A DNA stretch of 64,000 nucleotides from Pseudomonadota bacterium (GTDB lineage: Bacteria > Bdellovibrionota > Bdellovibrionia > Bdellovibrionales > Bdellovibrionaceae), in assembly GCA_041178425.1 (NCBI GenBank), contig JBEGVH010000006.1, forward strand, positions 1 through 64,000. Direction: 5' to 3'. This document shows, piece by piece, positions 62,016-64,000 of this stretch; within the stretch, counting starts at the first letter, position 1; every line of letters starts with the position of its first letter. Both the position numbers and the translations under genes were made by a program. The notes below the pieces were generated by a model, which saw only the letters and a program-made list of their open reading frames with translations, was not told the origin of the DNA and searched no databases.

Positions 62016-62837
62016 TTATTGGACAATTGCCTGTAGTTCAATTCTGGCCTGATTAATCCACTCTTTGTAAGCAATCGCGTTCGTGTAAACAGCAAATTGA
62101 CCGCAGTCATCATTGGGATCATTGAGTCCACGACTCGTCACGCCCCAAAGAGCATGTCCAGCGGTGGTTAGAACGTAGGCTGGTCCTCCGGAGTCACCGT
62201 GACAGGCGCCTGAGCCATTTCTCTGGTCTAGGCTCACCTCAGTTTTTCCATGTTTAGGATCAGCGATTGAGACACTGGTTTTACGTAGCAGCCCAGAACC
62301 CTCTTTTTTGATGGCATCTGCTAAACCGTAACCAGCCAAAATGGTAACCTGACCCGTCTGAAGATTATCCTCAGTCAAAAGTGAGGTTGGGCGGTAGCCT
62401 TGAGGGAGTTGTCCGGAAATTTTCAAGACCGCAATATCACCCCAGTCGCTGGGTTCGAGAAATTTTTGTCCCCATGTTGTTGGGATAACAGCTCCAATCA
62501 CTTTATTGACTGCCGTGATAGTATCGAGGCTGTTACCAAAAAACACCCGAAGGTTTTTGGGCTCTTTGGCCACACAGTGAGCGGCCGTGAGTACGTAGGA
62601 TTCTGCGATCAGAGAGCCTGTGCAAAGGGAGTTATTCTCTAGGTTGTAGATACCTACGATGGTGGCTGCAAATTCATCCGTAGGTTTTACCTCATGTCCA
62701 TTGATAATATTAAATGGAGAATTTTGAGCGAGGTTGAGGATCTCTCCATCAATCGTTTTAAGTGTCTTTCCTGAAGGTGCGCACGCGGCCAAGACGCTAA
62801 GAACGACAAGGATCAAGAGACCGTTTATTTTGTTCAT
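62016..62837 (-). CDS. Trypsin-like S1 serine protease lipoprotein
   Basis: Lipobox LAAC; IING mature N-terminus; TAAHC, DIA and GDSGGP motifs. Confidence 0.92.
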   Translation of the reverse strand: MNKINGLLILVVLSVLAACAPSGKTLKTIDGEILNLAQNSPFNIINGHEVKPTDEFAATIVGIYNLENNSLCTGSLIAESYVLTAAHCVAKEPKNLRVFFGNSLDTITAVNKVIGAVIPTTWGQKFLEPSDWGDIAVLKISGQLPQGYRPTSLLTEDNLQTGQVTILAGYGLADAIKKEGSGLLRKTSVSIADPKHGKTEVSLDQRNGSGACHGDSGGPAYVLTTAGHALWGVTSRGLNDPNDDCGQFAVYTNAIAYKEWINQARIELQAIVQ

Positions 62838-62993
62838 AAGCCCCCCCGGCTTCTGAGATCGAACCTACCATCATTAGTGACAGAACACTGGCCGATTTAG
62901 GGCCACTTCTAGATAAAAAATTCTCAAAAATCCAACACTTTGTTTTGATTGGAACCATAAGTAAAAGTTATACAAAAGTCAGGAGGAGCGTTT

Positions 62994-63818
62994 ATGCCCG
63001 AGTTGCCAGAGGTTGAAAATGTTTGTCGTTCCCTCTCAAAAGCGCTTCCGAGTGCATTGAGATTGGTTGGTTTGGAGTTCTTTAGAAAAGACCTCCGTTT
63101 TCCAATTCCCCAAGCGACCATGAAAAAATTACTGGATTCTGATCTGATAAAGATTGAGCGAAGGGGAAAGTACATACTTTTTGAGCTCACCCGCGGGATT
63201 CTTGTTTCCCATCTTGGCATGACAGGGCAATGGCGAGTGACAAAGGGTGTTCCCAAGGAGCAGAAACATGACCATGTTCAACTTCGCTTCGCTTCGGATT
63301 TGACCCTGACCTACAATGATCCTCGTCGATTTGGTTATCTGTTGTTCGCCGAAGATCAGGCCGCTTTTTTAACCCTTCCGGAAATTTCAAGGTTGGGGGT
63401 GGAGCCACTGTCTGATCAGTTTTCGGCTCTTCGGCTGTTTAATTCTGCCAAAGGGTCACGGCGAGCAGTGAAGGTGTTTTTAATGGATCAAGCCAATGTG
63501 GTGGGTATTGGTAATATCTATGCGTCAGAGGTTTTGTACTTAGCCCACATCAAACCAAATAAAGGTGCGGGCCGATTAAAACTTGATCAATGGGAGAGCC
63601 TCGTGGCAGCCACCAAGGAGATTTTGACGGAGGCTATTCGCACTGGAGGGTCCACCATCCGCGATTACCGAAACCCTGAGGGTTATGTTGGAGGGTATCA
63701 ACAAAAACATCAGGTCTACAATAGAGCGGGTAAACCCTGCTATGCTTGTGGCACGAAAGTAAAATCGCAAGTCCTTGGAGGACGGGCCACTTATTGGTGC
63801 CCGAAGTGTCAAACCTAG
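62994..63818 (+). CDS. mutM: Formamidopyrimidine-DNA glycosylase
   Basis: MPELPEVE, HLGMTG and GIGNIYA motifs; C-terminal zinc finger. Confidence 0.97.
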   Translation: MPELPEVENVCRSLSKALPSALRLVGLEFFRKDLRFPIPQATMKKLLDSDLIKIERRGKYILFELTRGILVSHLGMTGQWRVTKGVPKEQKHDHVQLRFASDLTLTYNDPRRFGYLLFAEDQAAFLTLPEISRLGVEPLSDQFSALRLFNSAKGSRRAVKVFLMDQANVVGIGNIYASEVLYLAHIKPNKGAGRLKLDQWESLVAATKEILTEAIRTGGSTIRDYRNPEGYVGGYQQKHQVYNRAGKPCYACGTKVKSQVLGGRATYWCPKCQT

Positions 63819-63887
63819 TGGTCTTTCGGTCGTTTTTGGGGGCGTCAGAGCCTAATCGTGGCATCTTTTTTGAATACAAAGAGTTCG

Positions 63888-64000
63888 ATGAGTAAATACC
63901 TCGTGTTTATCAAAAAACTGTCATTGGTTTTATCGATTTTTTTGTCGATGTCCCTTTTTGCAGGGAATCAACGTTGTCTCGATAGTCTTCAGGAGAAAAA
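63888..64000 (+). CDS. 5' end of a probable secreted protein, truncated by the window edge
   Basis: MSKYLVFIKKLSLVLSIFLSMSLFAGNQRC...: signal-peptide-like; frame open to the end of the window. Confidence 0.45.
   Translation, partial: MSKYLVFIKKLSLVLSIFLSMSLFAGNQRCLDSLQEK

Noticed and set aside
63859..63875. sigma54-like TGGCAT-N5-TTGA
   Set aside because: Mismatch at -12, and the predicted +1 would be only a few nt before the ATG.
1..64000. CRISPR arrays, tRNA/rRNA, IS/integrase, prophage or defence loci
   Set aside because: No regularly spaced direct repeats, cloverleaf boxes, or transposase/integrase/phage motifs seen by eye; a tRNAscan/Infernal/DefenseFinder run would confirm.

Overview
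Chromosomal window from a Bdellovibrionota-type (probably predatory) bacterium. This assignment is inferred from the gene content and from many secreted proteases and cell-wall enzymes. Most of the window is housekeeping: sohB, tatD, tcdA, nfuA-like, fbaB, lysS, recG, carD, gltX, cysS, uvrB, uvrC, pckG, waaA, a GT9 transferase, hemH and mutM. Envelope and secreted genes are mixed in: two lytic transglycosylases, an L,D-transpeptidase, a deacetylase-like protein, S8 and S1 proteases and PhoD. Highlights: (1) an orphan c-di-GMP-I (GEMM) riboswitch on the minus strand just after uvrC. Its only downstream ORF is a 7-residue peptide, its P1 5' strand can pair with that ORF's Shine-Dalgarno, and the ORF's stop codon overlaps a terminator facing uvrC. 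(2) A ~10.3 kb lipoprotein adhesin-like gene (Ig/Calx-beta stalk, two Asp-box propeller heads) behind a near-consensus sigma28 promoter, split by a single +1 frameshift. (3) An HD-GYP protein with the RxxN variant linked to cGAMP preference, plus a REC-PilZ protein. (4) Secreted orphan proteins with ART-like and transglutaminase-like catalytic motifs, and a membrane protein with a collagen tail. No tRNA, rRNA, CRISPR array or mobile element was recognised. All calls come from reading motifs by eye; no searches were run.
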